Positions 30,142 through 41,236 of a stretch of DNA of 64,000 nt are shown here, piece by piece. Origin of the DNA: Escherichia phage vB_EcoM_G50. Position 1 is the first letter of the stretch. The number at the start of each line of letters is the position of its first letter. Made by a program: the position numbers and the translations under genes. The stretch lies in the sequence record NC_054917.1; one strand, written 5' to 3'. The notes beneath the pieces were generated by a model. It had not been told where the DNA came from, did no database searches, and worked only from the letters and a program-made list of their open reading frames with translations.

Positions 30142-30431
30142 TTATCCTCTTTTAACTCTTGGCGATAATAACATATCATAGTTTTTTGGTCATGTACATA
30201 TCGTTTTACATCATTAAGCCAAATACGAAATTCCTGGGAATCTTCGAATGGCATACCGACCCAAGCTTTACCATCAATAACTTTAACTTGCCAGGATAGT
30301 TTAGCTTCATCATATGACTTTATCTGCACAGGCCAATTAGGATGAACTGTTTCTTTCTTTACTTCTAGAGGCTTTGTCGAACAACCAACTAGAAGACCAA
30401 TAGATAATATTACTGCTGATAGTTTAATCAT
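30132..30431 (-). CDS. Putative o-spanin (outer-membrane lipoprotein; T4 PseT.2 equivalent)
   Basis: 99 aa; N-terminal lipoprotein signal MIKLSAVILSIGLLVGCS (lipobox LVGC); immediately follows the i-spanin-like ORF. Confidence 0.65.
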   Translation of the reverse strand: MIKLSAVILSIGLLVGCSTKPLEVKKETVHPNWPVQIKSYDEAKLSWQVKVIDGKAWVGMPFEDSQEFRIWLNDVKRYVHDQKTMICYYRQELKEDKCK

Positions 30432-30781
30432 TTAGAAAGGTCCTGGATGTCTTCTGCGAACTTGTTGAAGGAGTTGTTGATTTGTTTTTCAACCAATCCT
30501 GGCTTATGAGCCACCACATCCGCCTTCTTTGCGTCTTTGCGCAGTTTTTCATTTTCACGCTCAATAGCAGCAATTGCCTCACGATTTTTATTATTCATCG
30601 CATCAATATAATTATACTGAATTCGCAAATTATCTAATGCTAAAGCGTTTTCATTGGCCGTTTTTGTAATTTCTACAACAGACGTTTCTAATCTTTCAAT
30701 TTTACTTTTTAAAATTAAAGAAGTTCCGCCCAATGCAATTACAATTAATAGCAAGCCTGCTGTCGTATTACTTAATTGCAT
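30428..30781 (-). CDS. Putative i-spanin (T4 PseT.3 equivalent)
   Basis: 117 aa; N-terminal transmembrane helix TAGLLLIVIALGGTSLIL followed by coiled-coil-like charged domain. Confidence 0.65.
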   Translation of the reverse strand: MQLSNTTAGLLLIVIALGGTSLILKSKIERLETSVVEITKTANENALALDNLRIQYNYIDAMNNKNREAIAAIERENEKLRKDAKKADVVAHKPGLVEKQINNSFNKFAEDIQDLSK

Positions 30782-31278
30782 AAAGTTTTAATAACCTCTA
30801 TAATATCGTCTTGAGAAAGACCGTTAATTAAAATATGATGTTCAGCAGGAGATTTAGAAATTTTAAAGCATGCCTCAACATCTTCTGCCATATCCGATGC
30901 GCTACGATTTGGATTACTAATTCCAAGACGATGTTTTCCCGTTAAAGGATTAACGATGATATAGCATTTACAGTTGTTAATATGAACATTAGGTTGAGTC
31001 TGATTAATGAACACATCACAATCATATTTCGCAAGCTGATTTTCTAAAAAGACTTTCATCTCCTCAACTGCATCAGGAAGCATATCACGAGCTTGCTCAA
31101 GACGACGATTTCGATATTCTTTAATGGTCGTTTTCCGCTTGACTTGCTTAGCTAAATCTTTCTTAAGATCGGTGATATATCCAACTCGACGATTTCCTTT
31201 AAATACAGAAATACCATCTGTAGTATCACCGTATGCTTCAACGACCATTTCAGTAGTAATAAGCTGTAAATCCATCAT
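30772..31278 (-). CDS. alc: Alc-position protein (T4 Alc blocks elongation on cytosine-containing DNA)
   Basis: 168-aa ORF (167 from second Met) between spanins and rnlA; call by position and size only. Confidence 0.7.
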   Translation of the reverse strand: MMDLQLITTEMVVEAYGDTTDGISVFKGNRRVGYITDLKKDLAKQVKRKTTIKEYRNRRLEQARDMLPDAVEEMKVFLENQLAKYDCDVFINQTQPNVHINNCKCYIIVNPLTGKHRLGISNPNRSASDMAEDVEACFKISKSPAEHHILINGLSQDDIIEVIKTLCN

Positions 31279-31306
31279 AAAGTCCTCATGTTATGTCAGT
31301 AAGACT

Positions 31307-31336
31307 ACTGTAACACAACACGAGGGACTTGTAAAC
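31307..31336 (-). promoter_or_regulatory. Promoter upstream of the alc-position ORF
   Basis: actgta ... 18 nt ... gtaaac; ~56-bp segment nearly identical to 15503-15558. Confidence 0.45.
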
Positions 31337-31339
31337 AGC

Positions 31340-32927
<1,588 letters not shown>

Positions 32928-32934
32928 AATAAAA

Positions 32935-32950
32935 TGGGCCTTGCGGCCCA
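32935..32950 (-). terminator. Hairpin between nrdB and denA
   Basis: tgggcc-ttgc-ggccca followed on minus strand by TTTTATT. Confidence 0.4.
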
Positions 32951-32954
32951 CTCC

Positions 32955-34133
32955 TTAAAAATATTTTTTAAAACTCATCATAACTTTATCATCAACATCA
33001 TTATCAATCTGTGCAACAAGATAAGATGACAGTTCTACTTCTTGTGGCGCGGATTGAACATTATCAGAATTAAGATATTCACGAATCCAAGGATATGGGT
33101 GTTTAACCGGAGCATCGGTAATTGGGCATGGAAGACCACACTGTTTCATACGAGATACAGTTAAGTAATCAATAAAGCTCCACATGCTATTTGTATTTAA
33201 TCCAGGAACATCGCCATCTTTAAATAAATGAACTGCCCAATCTTTTTCTTGGCGGTTAACTTCCATGAAAATATCAACTGCTTCTTGTTCACACTCTTGA
33301 GCAATTTTAACCCATTCATCGCCATCAGTGCCAAGTTGAAGTTGACGAATAATATATTGGGTGCCTTTAAGGTGAAGCTGCTCATCACGTGCAATGAACT
33401 TCATAATCTTGGCATTACCTTCCATGATTTCCATGTTCTTATGGAAGTTAAAGGTACACGCGAAAGATACATAAAAACGAATAGCTTCTAAGGCATTAAT
33501 AACGTGCAAACAGAGGTAAAGAGATTTCATTAGCTCACGCTTCCAATATGTCTCATGCTCAATAGCATCTTCAATAACGTCTTCGTCTGCATTAATTTCT
33601 TTTTGGTATTCGATATCAGCTTTAGCGTTTTCCCAATAACGAGTTTTAATCAGAACATCATCATAATAACGTCCAATGGATTCAGCACGTTTCATAATAG
33701 CTTCATCTAATACAATTTCATCAAATACCTTCGATGGATCAGTATAAAGATTTCGCATGATATGTGTATATGAACGGCTGTGAATAGTTTCACTAAAAGT
33801 CCATGTAGCAACCCATGTATCAAGGCTTGGGTCTGAAATTAATGACATAAGTACAGCAGACGGTGCACGACCCTGAATGCTATCCAAAAGTGATTGATAC
33901 TTCAGGTTATTAGTAAAAATATTTTGCTGATACTGAGGAAGCTTATTAAACTGTGCAGCATCCATCATTAAGTTTACTTCTTCAGGACGCCAGAAAAATG
34001 ATAATTGCTTTTCGGTCAAATCTTCAAAAACTTTATGGCGTTGAATATCATAACGCGCAATACCAAGACCTGAACCAAAAAACATAGGTTCTTTTAAAAC
34101 ATCAACTGGATTTGTATTAAAAACTGTAGACAT
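32955..34133 (-). CDS. nrdB: Ribonucleotide reductase small subunit NrdB, uninterrupted (no intron)
   Basis: 392 aa from MSTVFNTNPVDVLKEPMFFGSG... (GAGGA Shine-Dalgarno); di-iron/tyrosyl radical family; continuous reading frame. Confidence 0.95.
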   Translation of the reverse strand: MSTVFNTNPVDVLKEPMFFGSGLGIARYDIQRHKVFEDLTEKQLSFFWRPEEVNLMMDAAQFNKLPQYQQNIFTNNLKYQSLLDSIQGRAPSAVLMSLISDPSLDTWVATWTFSETIHSRSYTHIMRNLYTDPSKVFDEIVLDEAIMKRAESIGRYYDDVLIKTRYWENAKADIEYQKEINADEDVIEDAIEHETYWKRELMKSLYLCLHVINALEAIRFYVSFACTFNFHKNMEIMEGNAKIMKFIARDEQLHLKGTQYIIRQLQLGTDGDEWVKIAQECEQEAVDIFMEVNRQEKDWAVHLFKDGDVPGLNTNSMWSFIDYLTVSRMKQCGLPCPITDAPVKHPYPWIREYLNSDNVQSAPQEVELSSYLVAQIDNDVDDKVMMSFKKYF

Positions 34134-34864
34134 TAATTTTTCCTCTTTAAAATTCTGCCGTGTTTCCAACCTGGCGGTATAATATCATCTTTACCTATAA
34201 GCGTGCATTCACTTCCATTATTAATCCATTTCTTACCGCGGATTCCTTTATAATCTCTTGGTTTTATTTTGTCAAACTTTGCATCAAGTTGATATGACCA
34301 TCTAAATCCATAAGCATATTGAAATTTACCCTCGGCACAATATTTGATATTTGACCCGTTTCCATTAACTGACCGGGACGCTGCCGCAATAGAGTGAAAG
34401 GTTTCTATGAAATCCCCATCTAATGAGAATTTATGTATTTCTACAGATGGGCACGCATATCTATTCACGTTAGATACATGCTGTTTAGTTTCGTTTTTAT
34501 GATGCTTGCCTAGCATCCCTTTAGGATGAGGATTATTTTTCCAATATTTCTTAAAGAACTCAGAATTAGCTTTAGCAAATAATTTTCTGTGTAAGCTGTA
34601 CAATCTGTTATTAATTCTATTGCCAGCTTTATCTGTTGCCATTAACGTTAACGCAGAGGCAAGACCAAAATGGCCTTCATTTATCTTACATAGTAATAGA
34701 TGAGCTATAAAATGTTCTCTGGCTGTTAATTCAACTAAATTTTCCTTATCATCAGAACCTCCCATACATTTAGGGATTATATGATGTGTCTCTTTATATT
34801 CTAGTAAAGATTCCCGAGCCTGAGCTCGGGAAATTAGGTCGTTATAGATTTTTTGATAATTCAT
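34133..34864 (-). CDS. mobE: Free-standing HNH homing endonuclease (MobE-like)
   Basis: 243 aa; HNH motif HHIIPKCMGGSDDKENLVELTAREHFIAH; C-terminal GFRWSY; sits between nrdA and nrdB where T4 carries mobE. Confidence 0.8.
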   Translation of the reverse strand: MNYQKIYNDLISRAQARESLLEYKETHHIIPKCMGGSDDKENLVELTAREHFIAHLLLCKINEGHFGLASALTLMATDKAGNRINNRLYSLHRKLFAKANSEFFKKYWKNNPHPKGMLGKHHKNETKQHVSNVNRYACPSVEIHKFSLDGDFIETFHSIAAASRSVNGNGSNIKYCAEGKFQYAYGFRWSYQLDAKFDKIKPRDYKGIRGKKWINNGSECTLIGKDDIIPPGWKHGRILKRKN

Positions 34865-37128
34865 TACAATTTACACGCTGCGCAATCATCGGCTTTTGGA
34901 GTTTCTATTTCATAATCATCAGTACCGGAACCATCACGAGTATTATGATAATAGAAGTTTTTAATGCCATAATACCATCCGTATAGCATGTCATCAATCA
35001 TTATTGACATTGGAACCTTTCCTTTTGGAAAAATCTGCGGGTCATAGTATGTATTCGCTGAAGCTGATTGACATACCCATTTCAGCATAATAGCTACCTG
35101 CGTAAGATAAGGTTTATTACCTTTCTTAGCTAATTTCCATGTATAATCATAGAGGTCTATGTTATGCTCAATATTGGGCACGACTTGATTAAAGGAGCCC
35201 TCTTTTGATTCTTTAACAGAGACTGGTCCACGTGGAGGCTCGATACCGTTTGTACTGTTAGAAACTTGGGAAGATGACTCACATGGCATAAGTGCTGATA
35301 ATGTGCTATTACGGATGCCAAAGAGCTTAAGGTCTTCCCGCAGCGACGACCAGTCACAAACGTATTTTGGAGCTGCGATTTGGTCAATCTTTTTATTGTA
35401 CCAGTCGATAGGTAATTCGCCTCGAGACCAACGAGTGTCTGAATAATATTCGCAAGGTCCTTTTTCTTTGGCGAGCTTAATGGATGCTTTAATGAGTCCA
35501 TACTGTAATCTCTCAAATAGTTCATGTGTTAAATCGTTAGCATCTTCATAAGAAGCAAAGTTACTTGCCAGCCAAGCTGCATAGTTGGTAACACCTACAC
35601 CGAGGTTACGACGCTTTTTAGCTTTTTCTGCTTCAGGAACTGGATATCCTTGATAATCCAAAAGATTATCAAGAGCACGAACTTGAACTTCTGCCAATTC
35701 ATTAATTTTATCTTGGTCTTGCCAGTCAAAATTATCTAGTACGAATGCAGAGAGAGTACACAATCCAATTTCAGCATCAGGACTGTTCACATCATTTGTT
35801 GGAATAGCAATTTCACAGCACAAGTTACTCTGACGAATAGGTGCCTTTTCACGAATAAACGGAGTATAGTTATTCGTATTATCAATGAACTGCACATAAA
35901 TCCTTGCTGTTCCTGAACGTTCAGTCATGAGCAATTCAAATAGTTCACGAGCTTTAATACGCTTTTTGCGAATATTAGGGTCTTTTTCTGCTGCTTCGTA
36001 TAATTCACGGAAACGGTCTTGGTCTTTAAAATAAGAATAATAAAGCTCGCCACCCATTTCATGCGGGCTGAACAAAGTAATGTAATCATTCTTTCCGAAT
36101 CGTTCCATCATCAAATCATTCAGCTGAACACCATAATCCATATGACGAATGCGGTTTTCTTCTACGCCTTTGTTATTTTTCAAAACGAGAAGATTTTCAA
36201 CTTCCAAATGCCAAATAGGATAATAAGCAGTAGCAGCGCCGCCACGAATTCCACCCTGTGAACATGATTTAACAGCAGTCTGAAAATGTTTCCAAAAAGG
36301 AATAACACCGGTATGGCGTACTTCACCCATGCCAATCTTAGAACCTTCGGCACGAATCATACCAACGTTAATACCAATTCCAGCGCGTTTAGAGATATAT
36401 TCAACAATTGAAGCAGAAGCCTTATTGATAGACTTCAGCGAATCACCTGCCTCAATAACAACACATGAACTAAACTGTCGAGTCGGAGTACGGCAACCAG
36501 CCATAATAGGAGTTGGCAATGAAATCTGTCGAGTAGATACTGCTTCATAAAAACGGATAACATGTTTTAGTCTATCAACAGGTTCATCTTGATGCAATGC
36601 CATTCCAATAGTCATAAATGCAAACTGTGGAGTTTCATAAATTTGACCAGTGGTTTTATCTTTAACTAGATATTTTTCTTTTAATTGCATCGCCCCGGAA
36701 TAAGTAAATTCCATATCCCGCTCATGCTTAATTTTTGATTCTAAAAATGTAATTTCTTCGGCAGAATATTTTGACAACAATTCAGGGTCGTATTTACCTT
36801 CATTTACACAGTAAGAAATATGATCAATAAATGAACGTGGTTCATACTGCCCATAAACATGCTTACGAAGAGCGAACATTAAACAGCGTGCAGCTACATA
36901 TTGATAATCAGGCTCTTCAACTGAAATAGAATTCGCAGCAGCCTTAATGACAATGGTTTGAATGTCATCAGTTGTCATTCCATCACGGAGATATGATTTA
37001 ATATTTTCATATAATTCATAAGGATCTACAGATGTTCCTTCAGCTGCCCAAGATAAAACTTTAATAATTTTTTGCGGGTCAAAGCTCTGAGAAACACCAC
37101 TACTTTTGATAACATTAATTAATTGCAT
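34864..37128 (-). CDS. nrdA: Ribonucleotide reductase large subunit NrdA (class Ia)
   Basis: 754 aa; N-terminal ATP-cone, active-site region NLCCEI, C-terminal Cys pair; same length as T4 NrdA. Confidence 0.97.
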   Translation of the reverse strand: MQLINVIKSSGVSQSFDPQKIIKVLSWAAEGTSVDPYELYENIKSYLRDGMTTDDIQTIVIKAAANSISVEEPDYQYVAARCLMFALRKHVYGQYEPRSFIDHISYCVNEGKYDPELLSKYSAEEITFLESKIKHERDMEFTYSGAMQLKEKYLVKDKTTGQIYETPQFAFMTIGMALHQDEPVDRLKHVIRFYEAVSTRQISLPTPIMAGCRTPTRQFSSCVVIEAGDSLKSINKASASIVEYISKRAGIGINVGMIRAEGSKIGMGEVRHTGVIPFWKHFQTAVKSCSQGGIRGGAATAYYPIWHLEVENLLVLKNNKGVEENRIRHMDYGVQLNDLMMERFGKNDYITLFSPHEMGGELYYSYFKDQDRFRELYEAAEKDPNIRKKRIKARELFELLMTERSGTARIYVQFIDNTNNYTPFIREKAPIRQSNLCCEIAIPTNDVNSPDAEIGLCTLSAFVLDNFDWQDQDKINELAEVQVRALDNLLDYQGYPVPEAEKAKKRRNLGVGVTNYAAWLASNFASYEDANDLTHELFERLQYGLIKASIKLAKEKGPCEYYSDTRWSRGELPIDWYNKKIDQIAAPKYVCDWSSLREDLKLFGIRNSTLSALMPCESSSQVSNSTNGIEPPRGPVSVKESKEGSFNQVVPNIEHNIDLYDYTWKLAKKGNKPYLTQVAIMLKWVCQSASANTYYDPQIFPKGKVPMSIMIDDMLYGWYYGIKNFYYHNTRDGSGTDDYEIETPKADDCAACKL

Positions 37129-37445
37129 AAGTCCTCAACTTGAAAATCGTCTTTAAACAATCGGTTAACTATATGAGCTATTATATCACCATGACACGGC
37201 TTTGGTTTACATGTGCATCCTAGCCTCATTCCACGTAAAGGCTCTAAATGTGCTTTAGTTATTTCTCCGGATTTAATTCGACGTATAAAATCTTTTTTGA
37301 ATAATTCAATGGCAGCCTCCCGGCTGCCAGCATCTTTACCGACGTAATTTCCCCAAAATGTACCACGGTGAATATTAACATCAAAGTCGGATTTATATTT
37401 ATTCACTACCCGGCATAGACGGCCCGCGCGGTAATAGTTCGTCAT
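37119..37445 (-). CDS. Hypothetical protein with Cys/His cluster (nrdA.1 position)
   Basis: 108 aa; [11 protein letters not shown] motif suggests metal binding. Confidence 0.65.
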   Translation of the reverse strand: MTNYYRAGRLCRVVNKYKSDFDVNIHRGTFWGNYVGKDAGSREAAIELFKKDFIRRIKSGEITKAHLEPLRGMRLGCTCKPKPCHGDIIAHIVNRLFKDDFQVEDLCN

Positions 37446-37674
37446 ATTGTTTTTCCGTTAAAACAGTAATATCATAATAACAATCTGAAGAAGTTTTAAC
37501 TGTAGAAATTTTATTGTCAAAATACTCACGAGTCATTTTATGAGTATAATATTTTTTGCCATAAATGATAATAGGCTGTTCTGGCCCTGGAACTTCTAAC
37601 TCGCTTGGATTAGGAAGTGTAAAAAGAACAACACCAGAAGTATCCTTAAATCGTAAAATCATATATCCTCTCAA
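37399..37674 (-). CDS. Hypothetical protein (nrdA.2 position)
   Basis: 91-aa ORF overlapping neighbour. Confidence 0.55.
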   Translation of the reverse strand: MRGYMILRFKDTSGVVLFTLPNPSELEVPGPEQPIIIYGKKYYTHKMTREYFDNKISTVKTSSDCYYDITVLTEKQYDELLPRGPSMPGSE

Positions 37675-37685
37675 TTAAATTAAAA

Positions 37686-38546
37686 TTACACCGCCATCTT
37701 TCCTTTCAAGACACCATGGGACTGATAATCTTTGAGAACGAAATCTCGTGCTGTCATATATTCAGTTAACCAATACATTTGAGTTTCAGTATCGCATTGA
37801 CTGAATCCATTAGGCCAATTAATACTAAGTTTGCATAGATCCATAGGAGTTCTATTTAATATCTCTTTGCATTGCTCAATATGGTTAGAATAAATGTGTG
37901 TATTACCACCCGAGAATACCAAATCGCCCGGAACTAGTTCACACATATCAGCAACAATATGCAAAAGAGCAGCATAACTCGCGATGTTAAATGGAAGACC
38001 GAGGAAAACATCTACCGAACGTTGATACCATTGGAGGTCAAGGTATCCGTTACGCACATTAAACTGATAGAACATATGACAAGGAGGTAATGCCATCTGC
38101 TTGAGTTCAGCTGGATTCCATGCCGACACAATTTGACGCCTATCGTTGGGAAATGTTTTAATACGATTAACAACTTCTACAATTTGATCTACACCACCAA
38201 AATCACGCCACTGTTTTCCGTAAATTGGACCAAGTTCACCGCTATGATAACCTAAGTCTTTGGCCTGGTTTTCGTAGTTTTCATCCCAAATTGTTTTTCC
38301 TGCAATTAAAGATCCATGAGTACGTTGACGTAAATCATTTACGTTAGTACTTCCTGATAAGAACCACAATAACTCAGAAATACATGCATTCCAGGCGAGC
38401 TTCTTAGTCGTTACTGCAGGAAAACCTTTAGTTAAATCCCAGCGTAATTTAGTACCGAACAAAGCAATTGTTCCTGTGCCTGTTCGGTCATCAGTTTCAT
38501 AGCCATTTTCAAAAATGTCTTTAATTAAATCTTGGTATTGTTTCAT
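37686..38546 (-). CDS. td: Thymidylate synthase, uninterrupted (no group I intron)
   Basis: 286 aa, MKQYQDLIKDIFENGYETDDRTGTGTIALFG...; active-site PPCH; continuous ORF. Confidence 0.97.
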   Translation of the reverse strand: MKQYQDLIKDIFENGYETDDRTGTGTIALFGTKLRWDLTKGFPAVTTKKLAWNACISELLWFLSGSTNVNDLRQRTHGSLIAGKTIWDENYENQAKDLGYHSGELGPIYGKQWRDFGGVDQIVEVVNRIKTFPNDRRQIVSAWNPAELKQMALPPCHMFYQFNVRNGYLDLQWYQRSVDVFLGLPFNIASYAALLHIVADMCELVPGDLVFSGGNTHIYSNHIEQCKEILNRTPMDLCKLSINWPNGFSQCDTETQMYWLTEYMTARDFVLKDYQSHGVLKGKMAV

Positions 38547-38590
38547 TTAGTACCTTATATAAATTATAATACATTTTATGAAGCTAATAA

Positions 38591-38938
38591 TCAATACGGT
38601 TTAGCATCAAATTTTCTTTCAATTTCAGGCGTAAAATACAATTCTTTACCACGCTTGGAAAAGCGACCAATAATATGATAATTATTCTCATCAAACGTGA
38701 TATTGCCGATATCCATAGCTTTCAACCAAATATCGATATTTCTGTCAAGCTTTATATCAAAATTCCAATACGGAGAACTATTACCGAAAATACTACAAGC
38801 GGATTCAGTGAAACAACTGCTATAAATCTTGTCTTTAGGAACTACTAATTGATAGACGCCTTTAATAAACTGAGGACCCTGCCAATTTGGTTGTTTCGCG
38901 TCTTTTTCTAATAGAATAGGGTAATAATTAAAATTCAT
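38591..38938 (-). CDS. Hypothetical protein encoded in an insertion between frd and td
   Basis: 115-aa ORF; no recognisable motif; located where T4 frd and td overlap directly. Confidence 0.6.
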   Translation of the reverse strand: MNFNYYPILLEKDAKQPNWQGPQFIKGVYQLVVPKDKIYSSCFTESACSIFGNSSPYWNFDIKLDRNIDIWLKAMDIGNITFDENNYHIIGRFSKRGKELYFTPEIERKFDAKPY

Positions 38939-38957
38939 ATTTTCCGTCAGTGTTATT

Positions 38958-39784
<827 letters not shown>

Positions 39785-39792
39785 ATTATCTC

Positions 39793-40128
39793 CTAATATA
39801 AAGGATCGGGAACATATCCACTGGCTTTAATCATTTTGATTAACGTTAGCAGTCCTTTATTAACTGCTTGTGAGATTTCATTAAAAACTTCATCACTAAA
39901 AAGTTCTAGCACACCCTTCTGAACTTTTAATTTACAGCCAACAATTTCGTCATCGCCTATAGTAAATTCGTTTCCGCCAATTCCACCGAAAAACTTAATT
40001 ACGCCAGTTAACTGTGTTCCACGAGAATATGGGTCGTGTGATAAAGTAATATGAGTCACCCCAGGTACAGTTTTAAATTGACAGCGGATGTTTACTTGAG
40101 CAATTCCAGTTACATGAATGTCAGACAT
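39793..40128 (-). CDS. Hypothetical protein (frd.2 position)
   Basis: 111-aa ORF. Confidence 0.6.
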   Translation of the reverse strand: MSDIHVTGIAQVNIRCQFKTVPGVTHITLSHDPYSRGTQLTGVIKFFGGIGGNEFTIGDDEIVGCKLKVQKGVLELFSDEVFNEISQAVNKGLLTLIKMIKASGYVPDPLY

Positions 40129-40138
40129 AATATTTTCC

Positions 40139-40381
40139 TCAAACAGACTTTTTCACAATTTTCCAATCAGCTTTAAACTGATCAACGTCAGAATGGTAAA
40201 TCCAGAATCCTGCGCTTTCTCCATCCTCATAAAGAGGGCATCCATCGCATTCATCTTCCCATCCCATATCACGCAAAAGACGTTCAGCTTTTTCAACAAG
40301 TTCAGAATCTTTACCGATGATATTAAAATACCATTTACCTCTAACTTCTGAATCTTTAATGCTCTGACGTTGTAATCTCAT
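40139..40381 (-). CDS. Hypothetical protein (frd.3 position)
   Basis: 80-aa ORF; promoter-like element upstream. Confidence 0.6.
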   Translation of the reverse strand: MRLQRQSIKDSEVRGKWYFNIIGKDSELVEKAERLLRDMGWEDECDGCPLYEDGESAGFWIYHSDVDQFKADWKIVKKSV

Positions 40382-40406
40382 TTTATTCTCCTTAGTTGAT
40401 AGGGTA

Positions 40407-40436
40407 ATAGTATCACACTACTACCCTTCTGTAAAC
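40407..40436 (-). promoter_or_regulatory. Early-type promoter upstream of the 80-aa ORF
   Basis: atagta ... 18 nt ... gtaaac with inverted repeat agggta/taccct around the -10. Confidence 0.45.
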
Positions 40437-40816
40437 TACTTTTTGAAAGTTTTTCGCAAAAGTTCAATGATTTCGTCTACATTATTTTCGTCAACAATGC
40501 AGTGAATTTTTGTTACGCCAGAAACCTTGTCTTTGACTTCATCTTCTTCAGAAGTCGGTTCTTTATACTCACGAAAACAATGAAATTCATCTTCGCAAAT
40601 TTCTAAAAGTCTATCTTTGAGGTAAAAATGCTTTCCATTAGCACATTCAATATGTTTTACCGCTTTAAATCCATTAGTAAAGAAAACTTCTTTAACTTCA
40701 AACCACCCGCCATTTTCTCGAATAATTTTAACTATTGACGCGTTGGATCGTGGGCTATAATTAATAAATGTATCAATAAGTCTTGGAACAAGTTCATACT
40801 TTTTGCCAATATACAT
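40436..40816 (-). CDS. Hypothetical protein
   Basis: 126-aa ORF, several Cys/His. Confidence 0.6.
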   Translation of the reverse strand: MYIGKKYELVPRLIDTFINYSPRSNASIVKIIRENGGWFEVKEVFFTNGFKAVKHIECANGKHFYLKDRLLEICEDEFHCFREYKEPTSEEDEVKDKVSGVTKIHCIVDENNVDEIIELLRKTFKK

Positions 40817-40860
40817 TACGTTTTCCTCATTTTAACGGGGCTGTAATAGCCCCTTGATAA

Positions 40861-41091
40861 TTATTGTTCAATCAGTCCCATGTAAAATTCTGCATCTTCA
40901 GAATCCATGCCGTCACAATACTCATTAGCCATAAAGCGGGTGAGGTCTTCAAGAGGACCTTCAATGACAATAGAAAAATTGCAATAATTGGGATCATCGT
41001 GAATACTTGTGATACTAAGTTCAGGATAACGATTACGAATAATTTCTTCAATATATTCAAAATCAACGATGTCAATATCAACTTTAGCCAT
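40861..41091 (-). CDS. Hypothetical acidic protein
   Basis: 76 aa from internal ATG with AAAGAGGAAAA Shine-Dalgarno (MAKVDIDIV...); early promoter and gene 32 terminator upstream. Confidence 0.55.
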   Translation of the reverse strand: MAKVDIDIVDFEYIEEIIRNRYPELSITSIHDDPNYCNFSIVIEGPLEDLTRFMANEYCDGMDSEDAEFYMGLIEQ

Positions 41092-41134
41092 ATTATTTTC
41101 CTCTTTAATCATCAGCAGTATTGCCGATAGTTGT

Positions 41135-41164
41135 ATAGTACCATAGTCCTTGATGTATGTAAAC
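41135..41164 (-). promoter_or_regulatory. Early-type promoter downstream of the gene 32 terminator
   Basis: gatagttgtatagtaccatagtccttgatgtatgtaaac plus A/T-rich upstream tract; family shared with 58264, 62126, 61401. Confidence 0.5.
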
Positions 41165-41195
41165 TGTTTTGTGAAAAAATTTTTGAAATAAAAAA

Positions 41196-41214
41196 GGGGA
41201 CCTCTAGGGTCCCC
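41196..41214 (-). terminator. Rho-independent terminator of gene 32
   Basis: ggggacc-tcta-gggtcccc followed on minus strand by TTTTTTATTTC. Confidence 0.6.
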
Positions 41215-41236
41215 AATTAATTAGTAATATAATCTA

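Noticed and set aside
37686-38546. Search for group I introns in td and nrdB, and for tRNA genes in the longer non-coding gaps
   Set aside because: Both reading frames are continuous with conserved motifs intact; no intergenic gap in the window is long and structured enough for a tRNA or intron.
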